From contig DASSPM010000159.1 in NCBI GenBank assembly GCA_035699625.1, positions 11,203 to 75,202 on the forward strand: a DNA stretch of 64,000 nt, given 5' to 3'. Positions 8,151 to 16,206 of this stretch are shown here, piece after piece. A model generated the notes under the pieces. That model was not told where the DNA came from. It was given only the letters and a program-made list of their open reading frames with translations, and searched no databases. Position numbers and translations under genes: made by a program. This DNA comes from Candidatus Limnocylindrales bacterium (GTDB lineage: Bacteria; Chloroflexota; Limnocylindria; Limnocylindrales; CSP1-4). Position 1 is the stretch's first letter. Every line of letters begins with the position of its first letter.

Positions 8151-8234
8151 GACGGGCGGGACGACGAGCGCGACGACGGGCGGGACGACGGCCGGCCCGA
8201 CGGCCGGCCCGACGGCCGGGACGACGGACGGGTC
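8151..8234. repeat. 12-bp tandem repeat, 7 copies (consensus gacggScggSMc)
   Basis: The units are gacgggcgggac, gacgagcgcgac, gacgggcgggac, gacggccggccc, gacggccggccc, gacggccgggac and gacggacgggtc. The array lies in the roughly 500-bp gene-poor gap between the Lrp regulator and the lipoprotein gene. Confidence 0.8.
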
Positions 8235-8289
8235 ACCGGCGGGCCGTAGCCGGCTCGCGGGCGACCGTCGAGCTCGCGACTCTTCCGAC

Positions 8290-8883
8290 TCAGGGGCTGG
8301 CGGGGACGCTCGCGGGCGGGCTGGCCGGCGCCGCGGTCGGGCTGACCCGGCTCGCGGAACGCTCGACCAGAGGCCCGATGAGACGATCGAGCTCCCTCGC
8401 GAGCGCCCTCGCCGACTCGACGCGCTTGGCGTCGGCCGCGGCCGGCAGGCTCCCCGCACGCTGCGGGCCCCAGAAGATGACGATGTTCAGGCCGGCGAAG
8501 GTGTACGCGGGGTCCCCGGCGCCCGGCTTGGCGCCGGCCCTGAGGGGCGCGAGCCTGGCGCGTGCGGCGCTCGAGCTGTATTGCACGAATGCCAGCGGCC
8601 AGCCTGCGTAGGTGGCATTGATGCGCGCCTGCGGCTCCGTGCCCTGCTGGGCGTTGGTGCCGACCAGGCGCAGGCCCGCCGCGACGAGCTTGCTGTACAC
8701 CTCGGCCGCCTTGGCCGGCTCGGCCAGGCGCGGGTCCGGGGAGGGTGTCGGAGCGAGCGTCGGCGACGAGGATGGGCTCGGGCTCGGTCCACCGAAACAG
8801 GCGCCGAGCAGCGCGGCCAGGATCAGCGCCATGCAGGCGCGTGCGACCCCGAGGTGACGGTCCCGGACGGGCATGGGCGGCAT
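8290..8883 (-). CDS. hypothetical lipoprotein
   Basis: 197 aa. The signal peptide has the lipobox ALILAALLGAC, followed by a Pro/Ser linker and a globular domain. I recognised no family. Confidence 0.65.
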   Translation of the reverse strand: MPPMPVRDRHLGVARACMALILAALLGACFGGPSPSPSSSPTLAPTPSPDPRLAEPAKAAEVYSKLVAAGLRLVGTNAQQGTEPQARINATYAGWPLAFVQYSSSAARARLAPLRAGAKPGAGDPAYTFAGLNIVIFWGPQRAGSLPAAADAKRVESARALARELDRLIGPLVERSASRVSPTAAPASPPASVPASP

Positions 8884-8915
8884 CGTACCAGCGGCCGCCA
8901 GCGCCCCCGGGCCCT

Positions 8916-10205
8916 TCAGGCAGTGGCGCCGATGCGAAGGTGCGGCGCGGCGAGCGTGGTCCGGGAGAGTTCGGCGGCCGGCGCGGGGCGCGCCAGGTAG
9001 TAACCCTGCCCGAGGCCGACGCCGAGCCCGCGCAGGCTGATCGCCTCGGCCCGCCGCTCGATGCCCTCGCCGACCAGCTCGCAGCCGGTGACCCGTGCGA
9101 AGTGGAGCATGCCGGCGACCAGCGCCTGGCGAGCAGGGTCGGTATCGATGCCGGCGACAAGGGTCCGGTCGAGTTTCACCAGATGCGGGCCGAGCTCGAG
9201 GATGTGCCGCAGCGAGGCGAAGCCTGCGCCGGCGTCGTCCACCGCGAGGCGCACCTCCGGGAGGGTCGCGAGCACTGCCCGGAAGCCAGCGTAGTCGGCG
9301 ATGGCGGTGTGCTCGGTCAGCTCGAGCACGGTGTGCCAGTCCCAGCGCTGGAGGATGCCGCGCAGCGGCTCGCCCGCCAGCACCGTGGCGGGCGATACGT
9401 TGAGGTCCAGCCAGGCCGTCGCCGGCAGGGGCGCGGAGCCGACGAGCGCCACCTCGATGGCGGCCGTCTCGAGCTCGATGCCGAGCCCGAGCCGGGCAGC
9501 ATCGCTGAAGACGAGGTCGGGCGGTGTGCCGTCGTCGAAACGCGTCAGTGCCTCGTAGCCGACGGCATGACCCGAGTGCAGATCCACGATCGGCTGGTAG
9601 ACGGGGCTGAAGGAGCGGGCCGCGAGGATGGCTTCGATGCGCCGGGAGCGCGCCTCGAGGTCGATGGTCACCGCCGCTCGGTGGCGATCTTCCAGCCGCA
9701 CGACCTCGGTGGCGAAGGCCGCGACGGAGGCCGCGATGGACAGCGCCGGGATGTGCTGCGGCCCGAAGGCGGCCGATTCCTCGCTCTGGACCTCGAAGGC
9801 GCCGATGACCCGGCCGAGCACGACGAGCGGGAGGGCCAGGGCCGACTGCGGTTCGCGCGGATCGATGGCCATGCCCGTGAGGTGCTTCGGCAACCCGGCC
9901 ACGGACGACTGATAGTCGTCCACCATGACCGGTCGGCCGGTGATGATGGCCCGGCTGTTGGGGCTCGCGTTGAGCGGCAGCGGGGGCAGGCTGGCGATGT
10001 CCTCCTCCACGCCGTGGGCCGAGGAGAAGACGCAGACGCGTTCGGCGCGCTCGGCCTCGTAGAGGGCGACGAAGATGCCGGTCGTGGGCGTGGTCGCGGC
10101 CGCGAAGGCCGCCAGTGCCCGGTAGATGCCAGGCAGATCCTGCGCCGACGATATGGCCGTGACGAGCCCGTCGAGGTGCGCGTCGAGACTCGCATCGGGA
10201 GTCAT
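8916..10205 (-). CDS. GAF-EAL cyclic-di-GMP phosphodiesterase
   Basis: The EAL-domain signature residues are all present: YEALTRF, LNVSP, ELTEH, DDAGAGFASL, KLDRTLV, EGIE and QGYYLARP. The N-terminal roughly 170 aa look GAF-like. Confidence 0.88.
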   Translation of the reverse strand: MTPDASLDAHLDGLVTAISSAQDLPGIYRALAAFAAATTPTTGIFVALYEAERAERVCVFSSAHGVEEDIASLPPLPLNASPNSRAIITGRPVMVDDYQSSVAGLPKHLTGMAIDPREPQSALALPLVVLGRVIGAFEVQSEESAAFGPQHIPALSIAASVAAFATEVVRLEDRHRAAVTIDLEARSRRIEAILAARSFSPVYQPIVDLHSGHAVGYEALTRFDDGTPPDLVFSDAARLGLGIELETAAIEVALVGSAPLPATAWLDLNVSPATVLAGEPLRGILQRWDWHTVLELTEHTAIADYAGFRAVLATLPEVRLAVDDAGAGFASLRHILELGPHLVKLDRTLVAGIDTDPARQALVAGMLHFARVTGCELVGEGIERRAEAISLRGLGVGLGQGYYLARPAPAAELSRTTLAAPHLRIGATA

Positions 10206-10342
10206 CGACGTCGCCCGCGGGTCACGCCGGCGGACCGCTCGCCGTGATCGTCATCAAAGGACCGTACGCCACGCAGGCCGCGGGCGCCTCATCCAGTTGC
10301 GCGATTTCCGGCGGGGGGCACGTCCCACCCGCACGCCGGCGG

Positions 10343-11290
10343 TCAGCCCCGGTCGAGTGCCTCGAGCACCGGCGCCAGGGCCTCGACGGAGGCGACCGTG
10401 ATGGGGTCGAGCACGAGCTGCACGTGCCCCACGCCGGCGCGGGCGTAGGCGCGCAGGCCCGCGGCGATGACCTCCGGCGGCCCGGACAGGGGTTCGACGC
10501 GGCGTCCGGCCTCCCCACCCTGCCGGCGGCCACGACCCTCGGGCAGCTGCACAAGGACGGCCACCGAGCGCTCGACCGCGGCCGGGTCCCGATCGACGGC
10601 CCGGCAGGCGCCGTCGACCCGTGCCACCAGCGCCGACGCACCGTCGGGCGTGTTGGCCGTGTCGGCGTACCAGGCGTTCCAGGCGTCGACGTGGGGCAGC
10701 GTGATGCGCAGCATGCGCGGGCCGATCGAGCCGACCATGAGCGGCGGCCCGGACGGTCGCGGCCCGCGCGGCCGCAGCTCGCAGTCGCGCGCCTGGTAGA
10801 AGCGTCCGTCGAAGTCGATGGCCCCCTCGCGCAGCAGCGTGCGCAGGATGGTGAAGGCCTCCTCGAAGCGCGAGATGCGCTGCTCGAAGGGGAACCCGTA
10901 CGCCCGGAACTCGGACTCGTTCCAGCCCGCCCCGAGACCGAGGATGAGCCGGCCGCCGCTGATCTCGTCGATCGTGGCCGCCTTCTTGGCCAGCATGGCC
11001 GGGGCGTGGAAGAGGGCGCAGGCGACGAGCGGCCCGAGCTCGATGCGCTCGGTCACGGCGGCGAGCGCGGCCAGCAGGGACCAGGCCTCCCAGGGCCCGC
11101 TGGGCTCCTCGTCGGGCAGCCGGTAGAGGAGGTGGTCGCCCACCCAGAGCGAGTCGAGCCCGACCTGTTCGGCCGCGTGGGCCATGTCGCGCAGGTCAGA
11201 CCAGCGCGCCGGCCACTCGACCTCCGGCAGCTGTACACCGACCTTCAGGGGGCGGCCGGGCGAAACGCGTGCGGTGGCCATCCCCTGCAC
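10343..11290 (-). CDS. LLM-class (luciferase-like) flavin/F420-dependent oxidoreductase
   Basis: 315 aa with GLDSLWVGDHLL...LILGLGAGWNESEFRAYGFPFEQRISRFEEAFTILRTL, typical of LLM/F420 oxidoreductases. Start is GTG 11290 or ATG 11281. Confidence 0.85.
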   Translation of the reverse strand: MQGMATARVSPGRPLKVGVQLPEVEWPARWSDLRDMAHAAEQVGLDSLWVGDHLLYRLPDEEPSGPWEAWSLLAALAAVTERIELGPLVACALFHAPAMLAKKAATIDEISGGRLILGLGAGWNESEFRAYGFPFEQRISRFEEAFTILRTLLREGAIDFDGRFYQARDCELRPRGPRPSGPPLMVGSIGPRMLRITLPHVDAWNAWYADTANTPDGASALVARVDGACRAVDRDPAAVERSVAVLVQLPEGRGRRQGGEAGRRVEPLSGPPEVIAAGLRAYARAGVGHVQLVLDPITVASVEALAPVLEALDRG

Positions 11291-11291
11291 C

Positions 11292-12257
11292 CTACCCCGC
11301 GCGCCGGCGCGCCGCCACGAGGAGCACGCCGGCCAGGATGAGCGCCCCGCCCACCAGCTGGCGCGGCTCGAGCCGCTCGCCGACGAGGAGCACGGCCGCG
11401 GCCACGCCGGCCACGGGGATGAGATTGACCACCACGCCGCTCTCGAAGGCGCTCACGACGCGCACGCCCCGATTCCAGAGCAGGTAGGCGACGCAGGAGG
11501 CGCCCAGCGTCAGGTAGACGAAGGCCAGCAGGGCCGGCACGGTCAGCGTGATGCGCGCGCCGCCGAACAGTTCCAGCGCGGCGACCGGGGCCAAGAAGAG
11601 CGCGCCGAGCGCCCCGCTCCAGGTGACGGCTGTGAGCGGCGGGACGCTCTGCAGCCGGCCCCCGGCCACGGTGTAGAGCGCCCAGGAGGCGACGGAACCG
11701 GCGACCAGCAGGTTGCCCACGAGGCGCCCCGGCAGTTCGGGGCCGGGCGCCTGCGCGGTGGCCACGATGGCCGCGCCGGCGACGCTGAGGGCCAGCGCCA
11801 GGAGGCCGATCGCGTCGAGACGCTGGCGCAGGAAAAGCCAGCCGGCGGCGGCCGCCGCGGCCGGCATGGCGCCGCTGATGAGCGCCGTGTCGGAGGCCGT
11901 GGTGAGCGCCAGCCCGCTGTTGATGAGAGCGAAGAAGAGTGCCACGCCGGTCAGGCCGAGCACCGCCAGCTGGCGCCACGGCAGGCTCCGCAGTGACGGG
12001 GCATCGCTGCGGCGACGCTCGAAGGCGACCAGGAGCAAGGAGGCAGCCGCGAAGCGCAGGAAAGCCAGCGTCAGCGGTGGGACGTCCGTGAGGGCCAGCT
12101 TGGTGATGCCGACCGCGCCGCCCCAGACGATGGCCGCAGCGGCCATCGACGCCACGGCCGCGGCGTGGGGCGACGGGCGCACGTCGACGGGCGCGCCGGC
12201 GCGCGCCGGTGACGGACCGGCTGAAGACGCCTGGCGTCGGCTCGTGGCGTCGTCCAT
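11292..12257 (-). CDS. EamA/DMT-family transporter
   Basis: A polytopic protein of about 10 TM helices with duplicated EamA halves. I chose the start at ATG 12257, preceded by GAGGAGG, rather than the ORF-track start at 12329. Confidence 0.8.
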   Translation of the reverse strand: MDDATSRRQASSAGPSPARAGAPVDVRPSPHAAAVASMAAAAIVWGGAVGITKLALTDVPPLTLAFLRFAAASLLLVAFERRRSDAPSLRSLPWRQLAVLGLTGVALFFALINSGLALTTASDTALISGAMPAAAAAAGWLFLRQRLDAIGLLALALSVAGAAIVATAQAPGPELPGRLVGNLLVAGSVASWALYTVAGGRLQSVPPLTAVTWSGALGALFLAPVAALELFGGARITLTVPALLAFVYLTLGASCVAYLLWNRGVRVVSAFESGVVVNLIPVAGVAAAVLLVGERLEPRQLVGGALILAGVLLVAARRRAG

Positions 12258-12337
12258 CCTGCCTCCTCGCGACGATGGGCCGCCGCGGACGGTAGCATCT
12301 CCACGACGCCCAGCCCCACCGCTTCCCACCGAGAGCC

Positions 12338-12949
12338 GTGTTCTACCGCGCCGATCCCTGGCTGCATGTCATCACCGGCTGCATGTCGTCGGGCAAGACC
12401 GACGAGCTGCTCCGGCTGCTGCGGCGCGCCGAGATCGCCCGCCGCCGGGTGATCCTCGTGCGCCCCGACGTCGACGACCGCACGCCGCCCGACTTCGCCG
12501 AGAGCCGCTCCAAGGCCCGCTTCCCTTCCGTCGTCGTGGCCCGCAGCGAGCCTGACCGCATCGTGCAGCTGGCCAGGGAGCGTGACTCGGACCTGATCGG
12601 CATCGAGGAGGCGGAGTTCTTCGACGACCGCATCGTCGACGTGGTCCAGACCCTGCGCGGCTCCGGGCGCCACGTCATCCTGACCGGGCTCAACCTCGAC
12701 TTCGCGGCACGTCCCTTCGGGCCGATGCCGACGCTGCTCTCGCTGGCCGACGAGGTGACCACGCTGACCGCCATCTGCGTCGTCTGCGGCGAGACGGCGA
12801 CCCGCACGCAGCGTCTCGTGGGCGGCCGCCCGGCCGCCATCGACGACCCCATCGTGGTCGTCGGCGGCTACGACCAGTCACGCCTCGAGACCTACGAGGC
12901 ACGCTGTATCCGGCATCACGAGATCGCACCAGCGGTGGGACGAGGCTAG
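12338..12949 (+). CDS. tdk: thymidine kinase
   Basis: P-loop GCMSSGKTDEL, IGIEEAEFFD and the zinc motif CVVCGETATRTQR...ARCIRHH. GTG start. Confidence 0.92.
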   Translation: MFYRADPWLHVITGCMSSGKTDELLRLLRRAEIARRRVILVRPDVDDRTPPDFAESRSKARFPSVVVARSEPDRIVQLARERDSDLIGIEEAEFFDDRIVDVVQTLRGSGRHVILTGLNLDFAARPFGPMPTLLSLADEVTTLTAICVVCGETATRTQRLVGGRPAAIDDPIVVVGGYDQSRLETYEARCIRHHEIAPAVGRG

Positions 12950-13042
12950 GCTCCGGCGGCGGCCCGCGGACGTGACCAACGGCCGGCACGACGGGCCAGA
13001 TGGCATATCGCCTCGGACCGGCACGGGCGCGATGCTCTGGCC

Positions 13043-13243
13043 ATGAGAGAGCGACCCCACACGCAGTCGCGATCCGGCGAGTCCCGCTCCGGAGCGGCGC
13101 CGGCGTGCGGCCTCTGCCACCGGCCGGTCGGGCTGCGCCAGGCGGCGCGCGCCCGGCTCGGCTGGCGCTCGCTGGTCGTCTGCGACCGCTGCCTCGACAG
13201 CGCCGACACCCTGGAGCAGGCGGGCCTCGGCGCCGCCGCCTGA
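13043..13243 (+). CDS. small protein with a ClpX-type C4 zinc-ribbon motif (hypothetical)
   Basis: 66 aa with CGLC-x21-CDRC, where VVCDRCLD resembles the ClpX zinc finger iCdeC. Third-position GC is high in this frame. No SD was found. Confidence 0.4.
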   Translation: MRERPHTQSRSGESRSGAAPACGLCHRPVGLRQAARARLGWRSLVVCDRCLDSADTLEQAGLGAAA

Positions 13244-13262
13244 GTCGGCCCCGGGGACGGGC

Positions 13263-14147
13263 CTACTCGCCCCGGTCGGGGAACGAGATGCAGCCGGTCT
13301 CGTCCGGCAGCAGCGGCCGGAACCTGACCAGGTACGTGACGCCCGCATCGCGCCACATGGTCAGTTCGTTCGCGGCGGACAGCACGGCCAGGTTCGCGAC
13401 CAGCGCGCCGCCCTCGAGGAGGACGCAGCGCGCCGCCTCCCCGAAGCCCTCGGCTGGGACGCCGGCGGTCAGCAGGGGCACGGCCTTGATGGGCCAGTCG
13501 CGGACGTTGACGAGCCCGGGTTCGGGCATCTGCGCGGCGTCCCCGGCGCGCGTGAGCAGTCGCATCGCGTGCGGCACGTACGGCTGGGACTCGGCGGTGA
13601 GCTCCGGGCCGAAAAAGGTCGGCGCGTCGGCGACGCGGGCGAGGAAGGCTGCCAGGGCGCGCCGCAAGGGGCGCTGCTGTTCCGGGACCATGGCGTCGTC
13701 GGCGCCCTCGAGGTAGTAGGCATCGATGCGGTGGACGCGGCCGTCGGCGACGATGGTCACGCGGGTCGTCGCGGCGTCGGCCACGCCGTTGTGGTCGATG
13801 CGGGCGATGCCGACCAGCAGGCCGGCATCCCGGGCAGCGGCCAGCAATGCGCTGATGCCTGCCGGCGACAGGCGCTGCACCTGGAGGTTGGGCATCGCCG
13901 GCCCGGGGTAGATGGCGACCTGCGGGCCCATGGTGACGACGCGGCCGTCGCCGTAGATGGAGAGGCTGGGCAGGTTGGAGAAGGACCACTCGGGAGGGAC
14001 GTTGCCGCCGCGCGTCTCGATGCGGAAGACGAGCTGGTCGGCGCCGCTCGGCGGCACCGGGCTCGACGGCGCCGGGGAGCCGCCGGGCGCGAGCCCGCAG
14101 GCGGAGGCGAGGAGGGCCAGCAGGATCGGCGCCAGGAAGGTCTTCAT
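13263..14147 (-). CDS. hypothetical lipoprotein
   Basis: Inner ATG 14147 of the 371-aa ORF gives MKTFLAPILLALLASAC (lipobox) and a 294-aa protein. The longer ORF would run through the tRNA gene. Confidence 0.7.
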   Translation of the reverse strand: MKTFLAPILLALLASACGLAPGGSPAPSSPVPPSGADQLVFRIETRGGNVPPEWSFSNLPSLSIYGDGRVVTMGPQVAIYPGPAMPNLQVQRLSPAGISALLAAARDAGLLVGIARIDHNGVADAATTRVTIVADGRVHRIDAYYLEGADDAMVPEQQRPLRRALAAFLARVADAPTFFGPELTAESQPYVPHAMRLLTRAGDAAQMPEPGLVNVRDWPIKAVPLLTAGVPAEGFGEAARCVLLEGGALVANLAVLSAANELTMWRDAGVTYLVRFRPLLPDETGCISFPDRGE

Positions 14148-14211
14148 GCCCGGCCCCGACGCGTGGCACCGGGCCGCGGTTCCGCGGTGCCGGGCGGCGG
14201 CCCGGCGCCGT

Positions 14212-14286
14212 TGGTCGGGGCGGCGGGATTCGAACCCGCAACCTCGTGCTCCCAAAGCACGTGCGCTGCCGCTGCGCCACGCCCCG
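14212..14286 (-). tRNA. tRNA-Pro (anticodon UGG)
   Basis: The reverse complement folds as a canonical 75-nt cloverleaf. Acceptor stem CGGGGCG/CGCCCCG, D arm GCGC-AGCGGCA-GCGC and anticodon arm CGTGC-TTTGGGA-GCACG. Variable loop AGGTT, T arm GCGGG-TTCGAAT-CCCGC, discriminator A and an encoded CCA. Confidence 0.95.
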
Positions 14287-14340
14287 ACGGGGACATCATA
14301 GGCCGCCCGGGCGAGGCGCCCGACGCCCGGCCAGGCACGA

Positions 14341-16017
14341 TCAGGGGCTCGACCAGGGCATCGCGGCGGGCGCGCCACGCTCGATCAGGTAACGCCGGCC
14401 GGCGTCGAGGGGCAGCCATGGCCCCTCCTCACCGTCCGGCCACTGGACGCGGACCTCGGCCGCCACGGCGTCGCCAAGGCCGAAGTGGAGCCAGCCCAGT
14501 TGGCCCCCGGCGTGGCCGCCGCCGACGGTCACCTCACGCTGCTGCAGCCGGTCACCGGCGCGCAGCTCGACCCAGGCGCCGATGGCGTCGACGTTGGGCG
14601 CCGGCTGCCGGAGGCGCAGGGCGAGCCAGCGGCCCAGCGGTGCCGGGCGCCCGGCGTCGCCGCTGCCGACGTTGTGCCACAGGCGGACCGGCTCGCGGCG
14701 CGTGACCACCACCAGGTCGAGCAGGCCGTCCAGGTCGAGGTCGGCCAGGGCCGCGCCGCGGGCGCGTGCGAAGTCGACCAGTCCGGCCTCGGGAGCGCGC
14801 TCCACGAAGGTGCCGTCCGGCCGGCCGAGGAGCAGGTTGCTCGGGTCGCGCGCGGCGTAGCCGGGCAGCGCTTCCACGTTGCCCTTGGCCACGAAGAGAT
14901 CCATGTTGCCGTCGTTGTCCACGTCCTGGAACTCGGCGTGCCAGGCCGTGGAAGGGAGCGAGACGTCCCCGGCGTAGGGCCGGTTGGCGGTCACGCCCCG
15001 ACGGAGGGCGATGTCCTCGTATCGTGGCTGCGCGGCCTGCCCACCGGCCAGCGACTGCAGCTTGTTGTCGCCCTGGCTGGTGAGGAAGATCTCCGGGCGG
15101 CCGTCGCCCGTCAGGTCGTGGCTGGCGATGCCCATGCCGAAGACACGCACCGTCTGCCAGCCTTCATCGTGCGTGTAGAGGCGCGGCGGCTCGCCCGGTG
15201 CCATGCGCCAGAGCTGCTCCTCACCGTCGCTGTAGTCGCTGTAGTAGTGGCGGTCGTTGGAGACGCGCAGGTCGCGGCGGCCCGTGCGCGACCAATCGCT
15301 GAAGAGCATCGAGAGGGCGCACCAGCCCGGTGCCAGGGGCAGCGGCCGGGCGAAGCCGCCCTCGGGTCCTGGGCGCAGCAGCTCGTTGTCGTGGCAGAGG
15401 CGGTCCGGGTCGTGGCTGGCCTCGTTCACGTAGTGCCCGAAGGCGAGCGTCGGCCAGGCCGCCGCTCCTTCCCAGGTGGCACTGAACGCGGCCGTCCAGG
15501 TGTCGCTCGGGGTGAAGCCCCAGGCAGCGTCGGCCGGCGCGAAGCGACACTCCCCGAGGCCGCGCAGGAGGCGGTCGCGGCCCATGCGCAGCACCGCCAG
15601 GTCCGTCCGGCCGTCGCCGTCGACATCGAGCGGGTAGGCGCCGCTGACCGCGTCGAGGTCGGTGACCGCGTCGGGCAGCCGCCGGAAGCGGAGCGGCCCG
15701 CCGGCCGGGCTCTCGTTGCGGTAGAAGGCGGCGGGCGCCGAACCGCCGGCGAGGTAGAGCTCCGGGCGGCCGTCGCCGTCGCAATCGAAGACGGCCACGC
15801 CGCCGCCCACGACGTAGGGGTAGTCGCCCTGGTAGCGATGGTCGATGCCGGCGGCGGCGGCCTGCTCCACGAAGCGCGGCGCGGTTGCCGGCGCAGGCCC
15901 GCCCCACCCCGGCCACCCGCCGGAGCTCACGACCAGCAGTGAGCCCGCCGCGACCAGGGCGGCGCCGGCCAGGCCGGCGGCGATGCGGGGGCGCCGCCAC
16001 GCCGGCACCCCGCTCAC
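14341..16017 (-). CDS. CRTAC1-family secreted protein (FG-GAP/VCBS repeats plus ASPIC/UnbV domain)
   Basis: Repeats DVDGDGRTDL, LTGDGRPEIFL, DVDNDGNMDLF and DLDLDGLLDLVV. The C-terminal AIGAWVELRAGDRLQQREVTVGGGHAGGQ is UnbV-like. GTG start at 16017 (or 16008) precedes a WRRPRIAAGLAGAALVAAG signal/TM segment. The rest of the 942-aa ORF is antisense shadow. Confidence 0.8.
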   Translation of the reverse strand: MSGVPAWRRPRIAAGLAGAALVAAGSLLVVSSGGWPGWGGPAPATAPRFVEQAAAAGIDHRYQGDYPYVVGGGVAVFDCDGDGRPELYLAGGSAPAAFYRNESPAGGPLRFRRLPDAVTDLDAVSGAYPLDVDGDGRTDLAVLRMGRDRLLRGLGECRFAPADAAWGFTPSDTWTAAFSATWEGAAAWPTLAFGHYVNEASHDPDRLCHDNELLRPGPEGGFARPLPLAPGWCALSMLFSDWSRTGRRDLRVSNDRHYYSDYSDGEEQLWRMAPGEPPRLYTHDEGWQTVRVFGMGIASHDLTGDGRPEIFLTSQGDNKLQSLAGGQAAQPRYEDIALRRGVTANRPYAGDVSLPSTAWHAEFQDVDNDGNMDLFVAKGNVEALPGYAARDPSNLLLGRPDGTFVERAPEAGLVDFARARGAALADLDLDGLLDLVVVTRREPVRLWHNVGSGDAGRPAPLGRWLALRLRQPAPNVDAIGAWVELRAGDRLQQREVTVGGGHAGGQLGWLHFGLGDAVAAEVRVQWPDGEEGPWLPLDAGRRYLIERGAPAAMPWSSP

Positions 16018-16206
16018 GCGGCTCGGCGCACGTGGCGGCGCCCCGGCCCGTCCATCCCTCGTCGCGGCAGCACGCGCCGATTGAAGCACACGGCCCGCGT
16101 GGCGACGCCCGCTCCGCCGGCGGCTTGACGAGGTCGCCGCGGACTCGCATCCTGCGCGCCGGGGCGTATCGGTCGGCGACCTGGCGTCGGGACGGAGGGG
16201 TCGGTC

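Noticed and set aside
8151-8234. Possibility that the 12-bp repeats, or the 21-bp repeats at 5716-5830, are a CRISPR array
   Set aside because: The units are contiguous with no spacers and are far shorter than CRISPR repeats. No cas genes are present in the window.
7739-9160. 473-aa ORF on the minus strand spanning the Lrp end, the repeat region and the lipoprotein gene
   Set aside because: It overlaps the lipoprotein ORF (which has a clear lipobox) in a different frame and the 3' end of the EAL gene. Its composition is Pro/Arg/Gly/Ser low complexity, and I recognised no family.
14148-14340. tRNA-Pro as an integration site for a genomic island
   Set aside because: No integrase, no direct repeat of the tRNA 3' end and no compositional shift are visible on either side. 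The flanking genes are ordinary GC-rich chromosomal genes.
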